From positions 2,914,001 through 2,978,000 of the forward strand of contig NC_081396.1 of the NCBI RefSeq assembly GCF_030684315.1: 64,000 bases of DNA, written 5' to 3'. Shown here in pieces: positions 1-13,824 of the stretch. Under the pieces are notes generated by a model. It was not told the origin of the DNA and made no database searches. It was given only the letters and a program-made list of their open reading frames with translations. This DNA comes from Stegostoma tigrinum. Its lineage: Eukaryota. How positions within the stretch are numbered: the stretch's first letter is position 1; the number at the start of each line of letters is the position of its first letter. The position numbers were made by a program, and so were the translations under genes.

Positions 1-67
1 AAGTAGGGCAAAGGGAGCCAGAGCTTCATTAATGACATGAGATAGAAATTAACACAAGTAAGAAAAA

Positions 68-172
68 GGCTAGGATAGGGGAGTGGATCTGGGTGGGGAT
101 GATCTTCAGAAGGTCAGTGTGGACTCAATAGGTCAAATAGCCTGTTTCTACACTTTACAGAGTGTATAATGA
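68..172 (+). mobile_element. HE1-like SINE 3' fragment
   Basis: Matches the 3' half of the copy at 31231-31514 (ggatctgggtggg...tggactc...cctgtttctacact). Confidence 0.6.
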
Positions 173-524
173 TAAAAAGGGTGTTTGTTACGGACATGAG
201 GGGAAAATACAGTTGAGAACCAGATTGAATTTAGAAGACTCAGGAGAGTGAGAAAGAATGATTGAGAAGCAAAACAAAAGTTGGTGTAGTGTAAAATGAG
301 ACTAGCAGTTAATTTGGAAGGGAATACAACCTCCTTTATGGACATATAAACAGTAAAAGAGTAGCAAAAGAGGTGTTTTCACAGAGGCAGTGCTGTAAAC
401 AGTTGTGTCCCTCAGGTTTGGTTGTGGGACCATTTCTCTTCTTGAGAGCAGAAAGTGATCTGAAATTGAGGAAACTAAGCATGAGATCAAAATATCCAGC
501 GAACACTGAAGCAATTATTGTTAG

Positions 525-838
525 CATAGAATAGAACCCCCGTAGTGCTTAAACTGGCCATTCAGCCCAATGGGTCCAAACTGACTTTCTGATGATCATT
601 GCACCTAGTTCCATCACCCCTGCATTTCTAATGGCTAATCCACCTGGCCAGCCCACTATGGGCAATTTAGCATGACAATCCTCCCAACCTGCACACCTTT
701 GGATCATGGCAGGAAACCTACACAGACATGGAGGAAATGTATACAGTTCACACAGACAGTTGCCTGAGGATGGAGTTGAACCCAGGTCCCTGCTGCTGTG
801 AGGCAGCCTTGCTAATCACTGAGACATTATGCCACCCC
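525..838 (-). mobile_element. HE1-like tRNA-derived SINE
   Basis: The reverse complement has the tRNA-like head (gcctcacagcagcagggacctgggttc) and a CR1-type tail. Homologous to 31231-31514. Confidence 0.75.
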
Positions 839-1906
839 AAGTAGGATAGTTGTCAACCTCAAAAGAAAAACACAAAATACTTGCAGTGGTATAACATCAG
901 TCACAATCTCAGGGCGTCACACTGTGCTTCACTGGACAGTCTGAGGAAGGACCATATGGCATGGTCAAAACATCACTGCCACATATCTTTATCTTCCTAA
1001 CATAACCTGTTCTAGACTTGGACACATTTGCCAATTCTCTCCTCAACCTCAGTTTCTCCAACCAATTTTGCAATGAAATTTTCTCTTCCTTCAGATCGTG
1101 ATGTGAATTTACATTCTGGTCTGATTTTAGGTGCTCCTTTCACAGACAAATTCCAACCAAGAGATAAGTTTGTTACTGAATTTAAATTTTGACTGACACT
1201 TACGATTTTTGTAATCTCATTTCACAGACACCTGAAGATTTTTAAAAACTGGCATTTTTCTCTTAAAACAATTCTTGTACAATGTTTCCAGCTTCAACAT
1301 CCAACAGGGGAATTTAAATTTGAAAATCAAAAAAAAATTGTCTCAGAAGTGAGTATTGTTGGGCCTCTGTCTACAGTTTGCTGCTTTCTGTGTTATGCTG
1401 TTGTTCTATCCCTCTGGGATGCTGCGATTCTCTTAGTGTTTCTGAATCCACACCCATTCATTTGTTTCATCCCTCTTGCCCTGATCATCTCTTTGCCGTT
1501 ATACAACTTGTTTACCTTTAATAGTGGCACTTAGCTGTGGATGTTTACCATTTGTGTCCAAATGATATTTCCATTCCTGTTCATCTGCTGACTAAGTGTT
1601 ACTGATTCACCAGTTTTATCTTCCCTTGATCAGCAATTTTATTTCCCGAATGTGTGCTCTTTCTCTTCAACTTCTGAGCTAATGTGAACCATTATATTCT
1701 GTACCATTTTCATTCAATTTATTCATTCTGCACATTCTCAAATGTTAACTCTGTGTTGCCTTCATAACGATAATTCCTGAGCTGCTGAGCTTTCCAGTCT
1801 TTCATGTTTTGTTTTGTTTTAGCTGTTCAATATCTGCAGTTTTTCCTAGTTTTATTCCAGGGCTTGTTCATAGAACCAAGTCAATAAACACAGATAGAGC
1901 AATTAA

Positions 1907-2030
1907 GAGATAGTAGGAACTGCCAATGCTGGAGAAACTGAGATAACACAGTGTGAAGCTGGATGAACACAGCAGGCCAAGCAGCATCACAGGAGCAGGA
2001 CAGCTTGACGTTTGGGTTGGGACCCTTCAG
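1907..2030 (-). mobile_element. Penelope-like terminal repeat fragment
   Basis: gatagtaggaactgccaatgctggag...gctggatgaacacagcaggccaag; same family as the copies at 15.0, 27.8 and 45.5 kb. Confidence 0.6.
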
Positions 2031-2289
2031 ATGGAGCAATTAAGAGCTGGTTTGCAGTATGACAGTTTTGATTCCAGAGGTTCACTCCCTGTCCTTGTTT
2101 ACACCCTTTTTTGACAGAATCATGGAATGACCACGGAACAGGAGACCATTTCGTACATCGTTAGAGAAAATCAGTGAGTTTCACTCCCCTCCCTTTCATT
2201 GTTACCAAAGGATGTGCCCCCCCCCCACTGGACCTAGTTGTTGGGAATGAGCTGGGTGAAGTATCACTTAAGTATTTTTGAGGGTGCAT

Positions 2290-2375
2290 ACATGAGGATC
2301 AATGGTCAGCACAACATTGTGGGCTGAAGGGCCTGTTCTGTGCTGTACTGTTCTATGTTCTATGTTCTATGTTCC
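2290..2375 (+). mobile_element. CR1 LINE 3' tail
   Basis: gaagggcctgttctgtgctgtac followed by a (TGTTCTA)n tail, as at about 14.7 kb. Confidence 0.65.
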
Positions 2376-2999
2376 TTCCCATCTTCGGGTTCACACCAGG
2401 AAACTGTTCACTGGAGATGCAGCCATCAGCCAGAGAGACTGGCAGCCCCTCCTACATCATCCACCAGTTTGTCCTCTGGGATTGGTATACCACTTTGGTC
2501 AGTTATGGAACATACACTTGTTGTGTCTATTTAGCTCATGCCTCAGGTTACTTCTCAAAAAGCTACTTTAAAGTCACTCGAGCTTGAACCCGTTTCGGTA
2601 ATCTGTGACTCCTGGATCGAAAGCCTACAATTGGTGTTCAAAGTGAGGTCACAATGGTTGAGGTCACAGTCTTGAGAAGACATTAGGTTTATTTCTACAC
2701 AAATGGAAAAGTTCTGAAATAAGGTCTGGAATATTATATGATGCAACTGTGATACAACAATAATAAAGCAGTGTGGGTTCTGGAAATCTCCATTACAAAA
2801 AGCCTGAAAATATTCAACGGTTCAGGTGGTGGAGAGAGAAACAGTGTTAACATCTCATGGTGTATAAAATAAATTACAGGGAATATTAAACAGTAGAGAA
2901 TTTGATGGCCAATAACCACTGAAGTGGAAGAGAAATAGACAACAGAACGAGAGAGTAAAACAATTTCTGACTTTGAAGGATCCTGTGGGAAGATCAACC

Positions 3000-5240
3000 T
3001 GGGAAATCAGCAGCACATAGTTAGGTGACAGGCAACCATGGAAAACTGACCAATAAATTGCTAACCATGTGTAAGGCAAGCCTGTGGTTAGAAACGGAGG
3101 ACCATTTCCAACGTAATGATAGAGGGGAAGTCACTGATGAAGCAGTTGAAGTTGGTTGATCTAAGGGCACTACCCTTTAGAAGTCCTGCAGACATGTCTG
3201 AGTGCTGAGATGACTGACCTCCTGCAGCCCCGACCATCTTCCTACGTGTCCAGTATGACGCTAACCACTGGAGAGTTTGGTACCCAATGATTCGAGTTTC
3301 GCTAGGGTTTTTTGATGCCACACTTAGTCGAATGTAGCCTTGATGTCAAGGGTTGTCATTTTCAACTTACCTCTGGAATTCAGCTCTTTGTTTTTCCAGT
3401 GCTTGAACCAAAGCTGTAATGAGGCCAGGAGCTGAATGGCCCTGGCAGAACTTAAACACTCATCACCAAGAAGGTTACTTCTGAGCAGGTGCTGTGTGAT
3501 AACACTATTGATGACAACTTCCATCACTTTACTGATGATCGAGAATAGACTGATATGCAGTAATTGGCCAGGTTGGATATTCCCTGTTTTCTACATACAG
3601 GACATACTTGGGAAATATTCCAAATTGTCAGTTAGATGCTAGTGTTGTTGCCCAGTGGAGTGGCAGGTTGTAGAGAACAAGTCTTCCATACTATGGCCGG
3701 AATTTTGTCAGACATGAAATGTTTGCATTATCCATTGCCTCCAGTCTTTTCTTGATATCATGTGGAGTGAATCGAGTTGGCTGATGACTGATAACTGCAA
3801 TGGTGGGGATCACTGGAGGAGGCTGAGATGGATCATCCATTCGCCACTTCTGGCTGAAGTTTGCTGCGAAATCTTCAGCCTTATCTTTTACACTGATGTG
3901 CTGGTGTCTTCCATCATTGCGGATAGAGATATTTGAGGTGCCTCCTCCTCTAGTGGTTCGTTTAATCTTTCACCACCATTCATGACTGGATGTGGCAGGA
4001 CTTCAGAACGTAAATCTGATCAGTTTGTTTTGGGACTGCTTAGATCTACCCATTGCTGCTAATGCTGTTGGCATGCAAGTAGTCATGTTTGGTGGCTTCA
4101 CTGGCTCACATTTCATCTTCTGGTATACTTGGTGCTGCTCCTGGCATGCCCATTGGCACGTTCCATTTAAACAGGGTTGATCCCTTTGTTTGATGGTAAT
4201 ACTTGGATAAGTGATATGCCTGTCCATGAGGTTACGCATTGAGCTGGAGTACAAATTCTGCTGTTATTGCTGGCCCATAGCTCCTCATGGATGCGCAGCC
4301 TTAAGTTGCTAGATATGTTTGAAGTCTTTGCCATTTGGCGCTGTGATAATGCCACACAACATAATGAAGGTTATTCTGAATGTGAAAGTGTGTCTTCATT
4401 TTCACAAGGACCGTGTGGTGATCGTTCTTACTGATACTGTCACGGACAGATGCCATTGCGGCTGGCATAATGGTAAGGATCAGGTCAAGTATGTTTTTCC
4501 CTCTTGTTGGCTCCCTCACCACCCGCCACAGAACCACGCTGGCAACTATGTCCTTTCGGATCCGGCCAATTCCATCTATGCTACCAAGCCACTCTTGGTG
4601 GTGGTGGTGGACATTGAAATCTCCCCCGCCTTCCTCCGTGCCTTTTTCAAGTGTTGTTCAACATGGAGGAGTACTGATTCATCAGCTGAGTGAGGATGGT
4701 GCATGGTAATTAGTAGGCAGTCTCCTTGCCCATGCTTAACCTGGCACCATGAGACTTCATGGTGTCCGCAGCCAATGTTGAGGACTCCCAGAGCAACTTC
4801 TCCCTGACTGTACACCACTGATCTGTCCTGCCTGTGAGACAAGGCATGTCCAGGGATGATAATGGCGGTGCCTGTACAACATGATTCCGTGAGTATGGCT
4901 GTGTCAAGCTGTAGCTTGAGTCGTCTTTGAGACAGCTCTCCAAATTTTGACCCTTGCCCCTAGATGTTTGTAAGGAGGAGTTTGCAGGGTCCACAGGGCT
5001 ATTACTACTTTTGTATATTCCAGTACCTCAGTCAATGCCAGGTGATCTGTCTGGTTTCATTTCTTTCAGGCTTTCTGGTGAATGGTGCAACTGAATGGCT
5101 TACTCAGCCATTTAGAGGGTAACTGAAAATCAACCACATTGCTGTGGGTCTGCAGTCACATGTATGCCAGATCAGGTGAAGGTAGCAGATTTTCTTCTCT
5201 GTGATTTTCCGACAATCAACATTGATTTCATGACTTCTAG
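3000..5240 (-). mobile_element. Decayed non-LTR retrotransposon (APE endonuclease plus RT start) with a Deu-domain-like 5' end
   Basis: Broken - strand ORFs include EPTRGKNILDLILT...NDH (endonuclease) and LDIKATFD (RT). 5100-5190 matches the SINE core at about 40.9 kb. Confidence 0.8.
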
Positions 5241-6079
5241 ACTATTCAACCAGCAAAAGAGAGGGAATAGTGATTTATTTTCAGGACAGGGTCGCGTCAT
5301 CTAGAAGGAGAACTTGCAGGTGACTTATGTCTTGTGTTATCCCGTTAAAACAGTGATTGGTTTGGCACAACTTATTTGTATGTGTTTTTAAAACCAAATT
5401 AAGTAAAGAACGTATCCTTCTTAACAGTTTGTGCAGGCGTCTCTGAACCACACAGAGTACAACACTTTATGAAGCAGGCTCACCCTCACCATACTCAGAG
5501 CAACCAGGGATCGTCAAGAAATGACGAGTTCATCGTTCAAAACAGCAGCATGCAACATTTCTTCCAGCAGCGTGAACGTGACAGTAGATGTGTCAGAATC
5601 AGGGATTGCTCATTCGTTTCTGCAACCTGCTCCACAGTTCTGTCATCTCAATAATAATTTGATTGTGGTGCATACCTATTTTCCTTGCAACGTTTTTTCA
5701 ACTACCTTGTGAGCTAAGGATCAAGCTAACTCTTCCGACAATATATTTGATGACCCAGTTTCCTTCTCTGCACTCTTACGACTGTCTGTGAAAAATATCT
5801 TCTCTGCTTTTTACATTGACAGTCTCAAGGCCCTCTTAGAAATTGCATAATTCTCCTCATCGCCTTCCTAACTTGCAAACCTCTTGCATCCATGTTGCAT
5901 TGCATTAGTTGAGCATCCATCCGAAGTGGGAACAGTGTTTCGGAATTTATCCTGTAATGTTTTCACGCAGGCTTGTATGTTGCAAGAAGATGTGGTCTCA
6001 TTCTAAACTCCATGGAGTTCACGCTATCAAAACTGCACTTAAAAGATAATTGCATGATTTCATGGTAAGCATTCATGAA

Positions 6080-6322
6080 AGAAAAACCGAAAATGCTGTG
6101 AAATCTCAGCAAGGCAGGATCTGTCGAGGGAAATCAGAGTTGACATTTTGCGCCCAATGATCCTTCTTCCGAACAGAAGCGTCACTGGAGACTGGTCACT
6201 GACGTAGAGTCATGGGGCCCGAAACGTTTGCACTGCTTTCTCTGCACAGATGCTGCAAGTCCTGCTGAGATTTTCCAGAAATTTCTGTTTTTGTTTTAGA
6301 TTTCTGGCATCCGTTGTTCTTT
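6080..6322. mobile_element. Penelope-like inverted-repeat fragment
   Basis: Head-to-head arms (gaaatctcagc / gctgagattt) around a ctgacgta...cccgaaacgtt hammerhead-like core. Confidence 0.55.
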
Positions 6323-8596
6323 CAGGGTTTTTTTATAGTCATTCATTCGCGATTTGCGCCAATGAAATCCCAAGCGCTTTGTATGCGCTTTTTGAGATTC
6401 TTCCAGCAATTATTACCTTGTTTTGTGTCACATGCTCCTTCAGACCACGTCAGATTTACTTGCATATATTTGTATCGTTTTCGTTTTTGTCTCTATTAAT
6501 TATGTGGATTTTCTTAGAAGCATTAGTCACGACATGCTTACCCTGCGCATGTTACAATTTGGAGCTGCTTTTCATCTCTGAATACCAATCTTTTTTTTTA
6601 AAGTTCACATGCAAGCTGTTTCGAAATATGGCTCTCAGTGGCAGCTGTTGGAGGTGTTCAAAATAACGCAAACACGTCCCCAATTTGCATAATGATGTGT
6701 GTGTCTCTATCTGGAGACTTCTGAGGTTTAATGGTTTGTCGCTGCCTTTCTTTAAAATAACAAACAAAATGAACCAGGGAGCGATGATGCCTTGCACGAA
6801 AATAAATTTGCCACGAGTAAGTTTGCTTACTGCACGAAGAAAACAACAGTTGTTATTCTGTGGGTTTATATGCGCATGCTTTACTCGAAATATTGTTTTA
6901 GAATTCACATTTAAGGTGTTAATTTAGTGCAAAACATAACGCTCATTTCTCAGAATTGCTAGTTGCTGACCCATAAATAAACATTGGTCGCAACGTCTCG
7001 TATCGGTGGGTTGACTCCCAGGGAACGCTGCAGGTCGTAGTACTGATAAACCAGCGAGCAATTAAATGTGCTGTGCCATTTAGTTTCTAAGCTTTGACAT
7101 CATTGCTATTATTTTAAACAGAACTCCATACCTTTGTTTTAAAGAAAAAGCCATTTTGGTCTGAAATAGGTTATGCAATTTTCTCAACTATTTTCCACCG
7201 AAGTGCTCAGGCAGGGTCTTTTTTGTTTTTCTCGAAGTTCTGTGCCACGTAACTTCAAAGTAACGACAAAACGTTTTGGAAACATATTTTCTATGAGAAA
7301 TTGTGAGAGACAATTAAATAACAGAAAGTACTCTTCAATATTAAAGCACCAGTCGAAACTCTGAGTGACCATTGAGCTTGTTTATGTCCAATTTTAAGGG
7401 CAGATGCGAAACAGATTGCAAAATATGGTGTATATGTTATACAAAATACTCAAAGACCAGCAGCATTTAAATATTTTGAGAGAATAGTTTGGTTGATCAT
7501 TGTTGTCGGGGAAAACAATTTGCCTCATAATGGAAGATTGAGAAATTCAGAAAGAATGTCGATAACATGAAGTGAACTTATCCGCACCCAGTTTTAGTTC
7601 CGTAATGTCACGCAAATCTCAGGATATAAGTGACAAAGGGGCGAACCCCGCTTGTGTCCTGTGGTTAAAAAAAACCCCTGATATTCGATGAGAACTGAAA
7701 GCCCATTAGGACTGAAAATAAATTATTTCTATTCATGGATTAAAATGTTCAAAGAAAGAGAGAGCGATATTGTCACACTTATGCATTATATATGTAAATT
7801 ATAAACATATATCTGTGTGTGTTGAAAAATGCCCAAATATCGGAATGAGCATTATTTTGCTGAGGATGAATATCATGTTGACAGTTTTTCTCTACTCTTC
7901 ATAAAATATCGAAGCACTTCACATGCAATGGGCGTTAGTATTTTTCTTTGGCTTTTAGGGAAATAAAAGAAACCTGCGTAAATATATTTAAATTTTCGAT
8001 TACTTATGAAAAGAGAATATGTCGTTGTTTATATTCATGAAATAATATCAGTAATTAATAAAAGCACTGAAACATATTCGTTTGATCAGAATTCCTTGTA
8101 GTAGTACTAATTTAATGCGCGCTTGTACTCAATCCATTGATTACTTCATATAAGAGATAGGAGAAAACTATTAAAAACTCATGTTTGAGCCTAATCCGAA
8201 TCTTAATTAGACCATGGCGAATCTGAATTCGACTTCAACTGCACATTCGCAGCTACGTGTTAGACTTCAAACCCGGACTGCCAAACATCTCTCTTAACTC
8301 TTCCATAATAACATGCAAAGGCTGTTTTAGGACAGAGTTCAAATACAAATATAAATAGCTCATTTGGAACACGTGTCTTAAATTTGGGAGAAACCATCGC
8401 AACTCAGTTCAGCGTCTTAGAGGTGGACCCAATTCTCACTGGTTTGAGCTAACATTTTAACATGGTATTCCTTGTGAGCCCTGTAATGAGTCATCCCCAA
8501 TTGAAACGGGAATGGGAATGAAATAATGTTGCTGCGGTTGATAGTACAAACTGAGGTTCAGAACATCCAGGTTGGCCGTACACACAACATAATTTC

Positions 8597-8913
8597 ATCA
8601 AAAAAAATGTAGAGACTACACGACCTGATACCAGCCATAGTTCATGCCTCCAATTAGCATACAATCGGATCTGTTTGTCAGACAGGTCAGTAGAATCTGT
8701 CTTCGTCATCCTTTATCTGCCAGACTAAGAAATCACCTGCAAATTCTCATTCCGCAAGGCAATGAAACAGTTCATGGTTCAATTGCAAGAAACATTATAA
8801 GCTTCTCTGAATCTTTCTTGCGCGCGCGTGTGTGTGTTAGGGGGTGTTGGTGAAGGGAGCGGTGGGCTGTGTACACGCGCACATGCGTGTATAGTCTCTA
8901 CATTTTTTTTGAT
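8597..8913. repeat. 22-bp perfect inverted repeat pair (MITE-like)
   Basis: ATCAAAAAAAATGTAGAGACTA (8597-8618) and TAGTCTCTACATTTTTTTTGAT (8892-8913). Confidence 0.8.
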
Positions 8914-10189
8914 TTACCTTGTGGCTATGTGCGCAGATATGTGCGTGGCTAACAGTGAATGCTTATGGCATCGTGATAAACCGGGATTGGGGCATGTAAA
9001 TAAGCAACTTGATGAACTTTGACAGAGGAAAACGTAGTACTGAATGATGATTTGAGTTTAGAATAAAATAAAATGGTAAAAAGAAGCGACGAAAATAAAA
9101 TATTCCAGTTGAGCATATTGGCCAAGGTTTAAAGAGACAGATTTGAGAGGAACACAATTATTAAAACACTGGAACAGAAGTAATTCATTTAGACTCCTGA
9201 GCTTACTCTATCATCCAAAACGTTTTTGGCTGATCTGATAATCCTAAATTTAATCCTGTATTTTTCCCAAAACAATTTATTCCTTTTCTAATTTAAAAAA
9301 AATGTGTATCTCAGCCTTGAACATACTTGATCACAAAGCCTAAACAGCCCAATGCCTTGAACAAGAAAATTGCACACAGATTCACTATCGTAAGAAAGTT
9401 GAAATTTTATATGAGGCACTTCTCTGCTAATTTAATAATTTGTGTGTTGCTGAAAGAATGAAATTGACCAATGGGCCCCCAGGCCAGCCGAGATGTAAGT
9501 TACTGAGTTCGATGGTGGAGAAGCAAAAGAGAAAGAGAACAAAACACAGGACTTAAGATGGTACATCACAGGAGCAGGGTCCTCGGCCCATCATGTCTGT
9601 GCTGTCCAGGATGCCATTTTAAACTAATCCCATTTGCCTGCACATGCCATATATATTCACTGCCTGTTCCTGCATCTTCCAAATTTGTTGGAGTTATTAA
9701 CACGTCTGGCAACATGTGAGAATAGAAGGCAGAATTTCATATCCAGTGATCCTTCTTCAGAGATGCTCTTCCTTTTACTCTTCACCAGTTAGTGTTGCCA
9801 AGTCTTTTCTTCTCTTGTTGCTCTTGACCATCGATGTCTTGGGTTTTGAAGTAGCTGTCAAACGGCTTGGGTAAGTTACTGTCAAGCGTCTTCTGTACAC
9901 TGTTGCAGTGTGCATCAGCAGTGAATGAGAAGAGCATTGAAGGTACAGGATCGTATTCCAATTTTCTTTGATTACATAAGGCATTTTGAGTGTTGATGGG
10001 GCGTTCACTGAAGACAAAACTATTCCATTGCAGTCTTGACTTGTGCCATATGAATTGTGAACATGATCTGCGATGTCAGGGCTGGTTTCGGGAGATATGT
10101 TGTTGGCTTCTGCATTCGCTTTGAACATAAAGGTCAGTGAAATGGTATCAGCTGTCCCGGCAGCCTCAATTGCATTATAACCATTGTCA

Positions 10190-11703
10190 CCACCACATTA
10201 CTTAGGTCATCCTTCTTGAGGGTGAACGCATGGACATCGATTGGTCCAAATCGAGTCTTCGGCCATGCACTCAGATCTTGTGCATACCAAATGGTTGGAG
10301 TATTCACTGACATCTTTAACGTCTTCTTATTTTGATCCGAAGTCCCCACCTGCTTCAAGAACACCATCATCATCCCAATGCCAGCGAAAAATCAGGCTGC
10401 AATGAATACCACCCAGTGGTGCTAGTCTCCATATTTTTGAAGTGTTTCAAGGGGTTAGCCATGGCTCACATCTGTTCCAGCCTATTACATTGTCCCAATC
10501 CTGGCAATTCATCTCCTGGTGCATCAAGCCCACAGCAGATGCCATCACCCGCAATCCATCTCCAAAACATTTGGTTAACAAGAATACCTAGGTCAGGCTC
10601 AAACTTATTGACTACAGCTACACCTCCAACACCATAATTCCAAACAAACCCATCTTCAAAATCCGAGACCTAGATTTCGCATCCTCTGGATCCGGATCCT
10701 CTACTTCCTGACCAGTAGACTGCAGTTCGCAAGAATAGGCAACCACACCTCCTGCATGACCATTATCGACACCAGTGCCCCACAAAGCTGAATGCTCAGC
10801 CCCTATCATATCCCCATACACTCACGACTACATGGCAAATTTCTGCTCCAACTCCATTTGCAAGGTTTCTGACAAAACCACCATTGTAGGTTGCATCTCA
10901 ACAATGATGAGACAGAATACAGGAAAGAGATTGAGTGCTTAGTGGCATGGTATAAAGATAACGATCTCTCCATCAACGTTAGAAAAATGAGGGAGCTGGT
11001 CATTAACTTCTGGAAGCAGAGTGGAGGGCACGTCCCTGTCTACATCAATTCTGCGAAGGTGGAGATGGCTCAGAGGTAAAGTCCCTGGGAGTGCCGTCCA
11101 CCAAAATTCTATGCTTGTCCATCCAGGTCGACACAATGGTCAAGAAAGCATAACACCATCTCTATTTCCTCAGAAGGCTGAGGAAAGTCGGCATGCCCAC
11201 AAGAAATGTTTTTTTTGTAGATGCAGTGTAGAAAACATCCTATCTGGATGCATCACAACGTGGTATGGCAACTACTGTACCCAAGACCGCCAGGAACCAC
11301 ACAGAGTTGTGAATACAAGTCACAAACCAGCCTTCCATCCATTGACTCCATCAGTACTTCCCGCTATCTCAGGAATGCAACAAGCATAATCAAGGACACC
11401 TCCCACCCCAGTTTTATTCTATTTCACCCTCTTCCATCGAGCAATATATATAAAAGGTTGAGCAATCATATGAACAAAAGCATCTTCTTCTCTGCTGTTA
11501 TCAGACTTTTGAATCAATAGCTCAAATGTTAATGTTGACCTCTCCCTCTCTCTGCAACTTCTCTGCATCTGTAACACTGAATTCTGCACTGTTCCGTTAC
11601 CTCATGCGCTTTTGTCTGGTACCATTTGCCTGTACAGCATGCAAAACGACACTTTTCACTGTAATTTGGTACAGGTGACAGCAATAAATCAAATCAAATC
11701 AAA
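10190..11703 (+). mobile_element. Rex1/Babar-type LINE, 5' truncated and decayed
   Basis: Frame-broken RT-like peptides (NNDETEYRKEIECLVAW...NDLSINVRKMRELVI; RCSVENILSGCITTWYGN). Ends in AATAAA plus (TCAAA)n. Confidence 0.8.
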
Positions 11704-12039
11704 ACTAGCAATCACACAGATGGAAGGTATTTCTCTGGAGGTCTTTGTCATTTACATCTTAATTTTTAAAATCTACTGCTATCTGATATCTCAAATCGGA
11801 CTGAATTTATAATGTTTAGTTTTAAAACCCAAGACTATTGCCATGTGCCCATCTCTACATTTGTCAATTCCTCCTTGCATGTTCCCAATACAGATTGGTT
11901 GCAAACCTACTGAATAACAAATCTCAATGTTAGAAACATAGTTGGATCTCATGCTCACTATATTGGCGTCGTTATATTACTGGTATAAAAGAAAACCTGC
12001 CACATATGTGTTATAAAAGTGATTTGGTTGGGAAGGACT

Positions 12040-12240
12040 ATAAAATATGAGACATAGGAGCAGAATGAAGCAATTCGGCCCATCGAGTCCACCCTGCCAT
12101 TCGATCATGGCTGGTACATTTGTCAACCCATTCTCCTGTTTTCTCCTTGTAGTCCCGATCACCTTCCTAATTAAGAACCTCCTGTCTCTATCTTAAATGC
12201 GCTCAATAATTTGACCTACACAGCCTTCTGTGGCAATGAT
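12040..12240 (-). mobile_element. CR1 3' fragment
   Basis: gacataggagcagaa...ttcggcccatcgagtc...attcgatcatggctg is a typical reversed CR1 3' UTR. Confidence 0.6.
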
Positions 12241-13824
12241 TGGTAATAGTGTTGGGAAATGTGTTCCAAGCATTTTCCACGGATTAGCAACCCTTGGTCA
12301 TCGATAATAAATATACCAGATGACAATAAAATGTCACTGCTTGAAATTCCAAAAACCGCTATTCACAAAAGCGACACCGAAGGCACCCATTGCACTTTTG
12401 TTTAGAATCTGCAAAACAGCCCATCAGACAGAATTCAGAAAAAAATAGTTTGAGTTAAAATTTAAAAAAAATTGTTTTCTCGCAGAAAGAGTTCTAGTTT
12501 TGGTGTTTTCCAGTCTGGAGTGCAAGTGATTTTAATTGTAATAAAACATTTCGGTCGTTGTGCACCTTTCATGACTACCAGTTGTAACACCAGCCAACTT
12601 TCATTTGACCAAGATAAGTAAAAAATTAGGAAATGCTTCCGTTATGAAATGCGCTAATATTATTGTGTGGTGAAGCGGGCTCTAAAGCTGAAGGGCCTAC
12701 CTCTACCCCGAAGTAATATGTTTATTAAATCGTATCAAGTCTAGTAGTGAATGAAGGCATGGAGTTTTGTTCTCACATCATTTTCCAAAGCGTTATGGCC
12801 TGTTATTCTAATCTCTAAAACTTGACCCTGTCCCTATGGTCAATCCTGTAGGCCTCGACAATGTTGAAATCTTGAACTAAATTGATTCACAATTTAATCT
12901 ACTCTAACTATAATGCTTTTTTTGCAATGGCAAGTATCCAGATCAGGTAATGGAAAAATATTTCAGGAAGATAGAAAAATTGATACCAGATAGTCTCAAT
13001 GCTTCAAGTGTTAAAATATGATTTCAACAGCTGGAGTCTTCAGATAAATCAATCCATTGGCAATCAGTAATTTAGGATTAATAGTAATAATCATGAAATT
13101 ATGAACTAGGTTTTATTTCTAACTTCCCTCAATAACAACTAATACCCAACTGTCCGTGTGCAGATAAGCTCTGTCATCTTCAACAGTCTGACATGTTTAT
13201 ATCTCCAAAACTGATCAATATTATTAACATTGGGTTACTCGCTGAAGTTATTTAGTAAGTCTGTGATTTGTAAAGTAGATGGTCCATCATTTCTTTCTCA
13301 AGTAATGTAGATTGGGATAACCATTGCTCGTTTACCAAGGGACCCCGAAATTCATTTGGTGTTTGATCATTACAGCCTCAGTATTCATACGAATTTAAAT
13401 TGCTAATTATGCTCACAACACGTAAGATATGTTATATATATATATGCGTGTGCACGTATGTTTCCTCCTGAAAGAAATCTCATGTTCCCATTGACTTTGC
13501 TTTAAAGCAACAGTCTTCCACAGGAACTGAGCGTAGGTATGTACACACAGAAATTACTATTACTTTATTTTCAAAAAGCATCAATTGACATTTGCAACTT
13601 TTGAACGACATTTGTGATTTCTCTGTATAACATTCAATTTTACCAACATCCCAATGGCCTATTAAATAACCTCATATTTTGATGCCAAGCATGTTTTTCT
13701 AAATTATCATGATGCTTAAAGGCGAGTTAATACCATAGATATGTAGAGCATAAGTGCTTCCAGAACGGAAATCCATGGACACTACAATGCACCTTCAATA
13801 TTCTATATTCACTGTTAGAAATGG

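Noticed and set aside
5469-9157. Numerous 60-140 aa ORFs in the unique upstream region
   Set aside because: No recognisable domains or coherent exon structure; consistent with chance ORFs.
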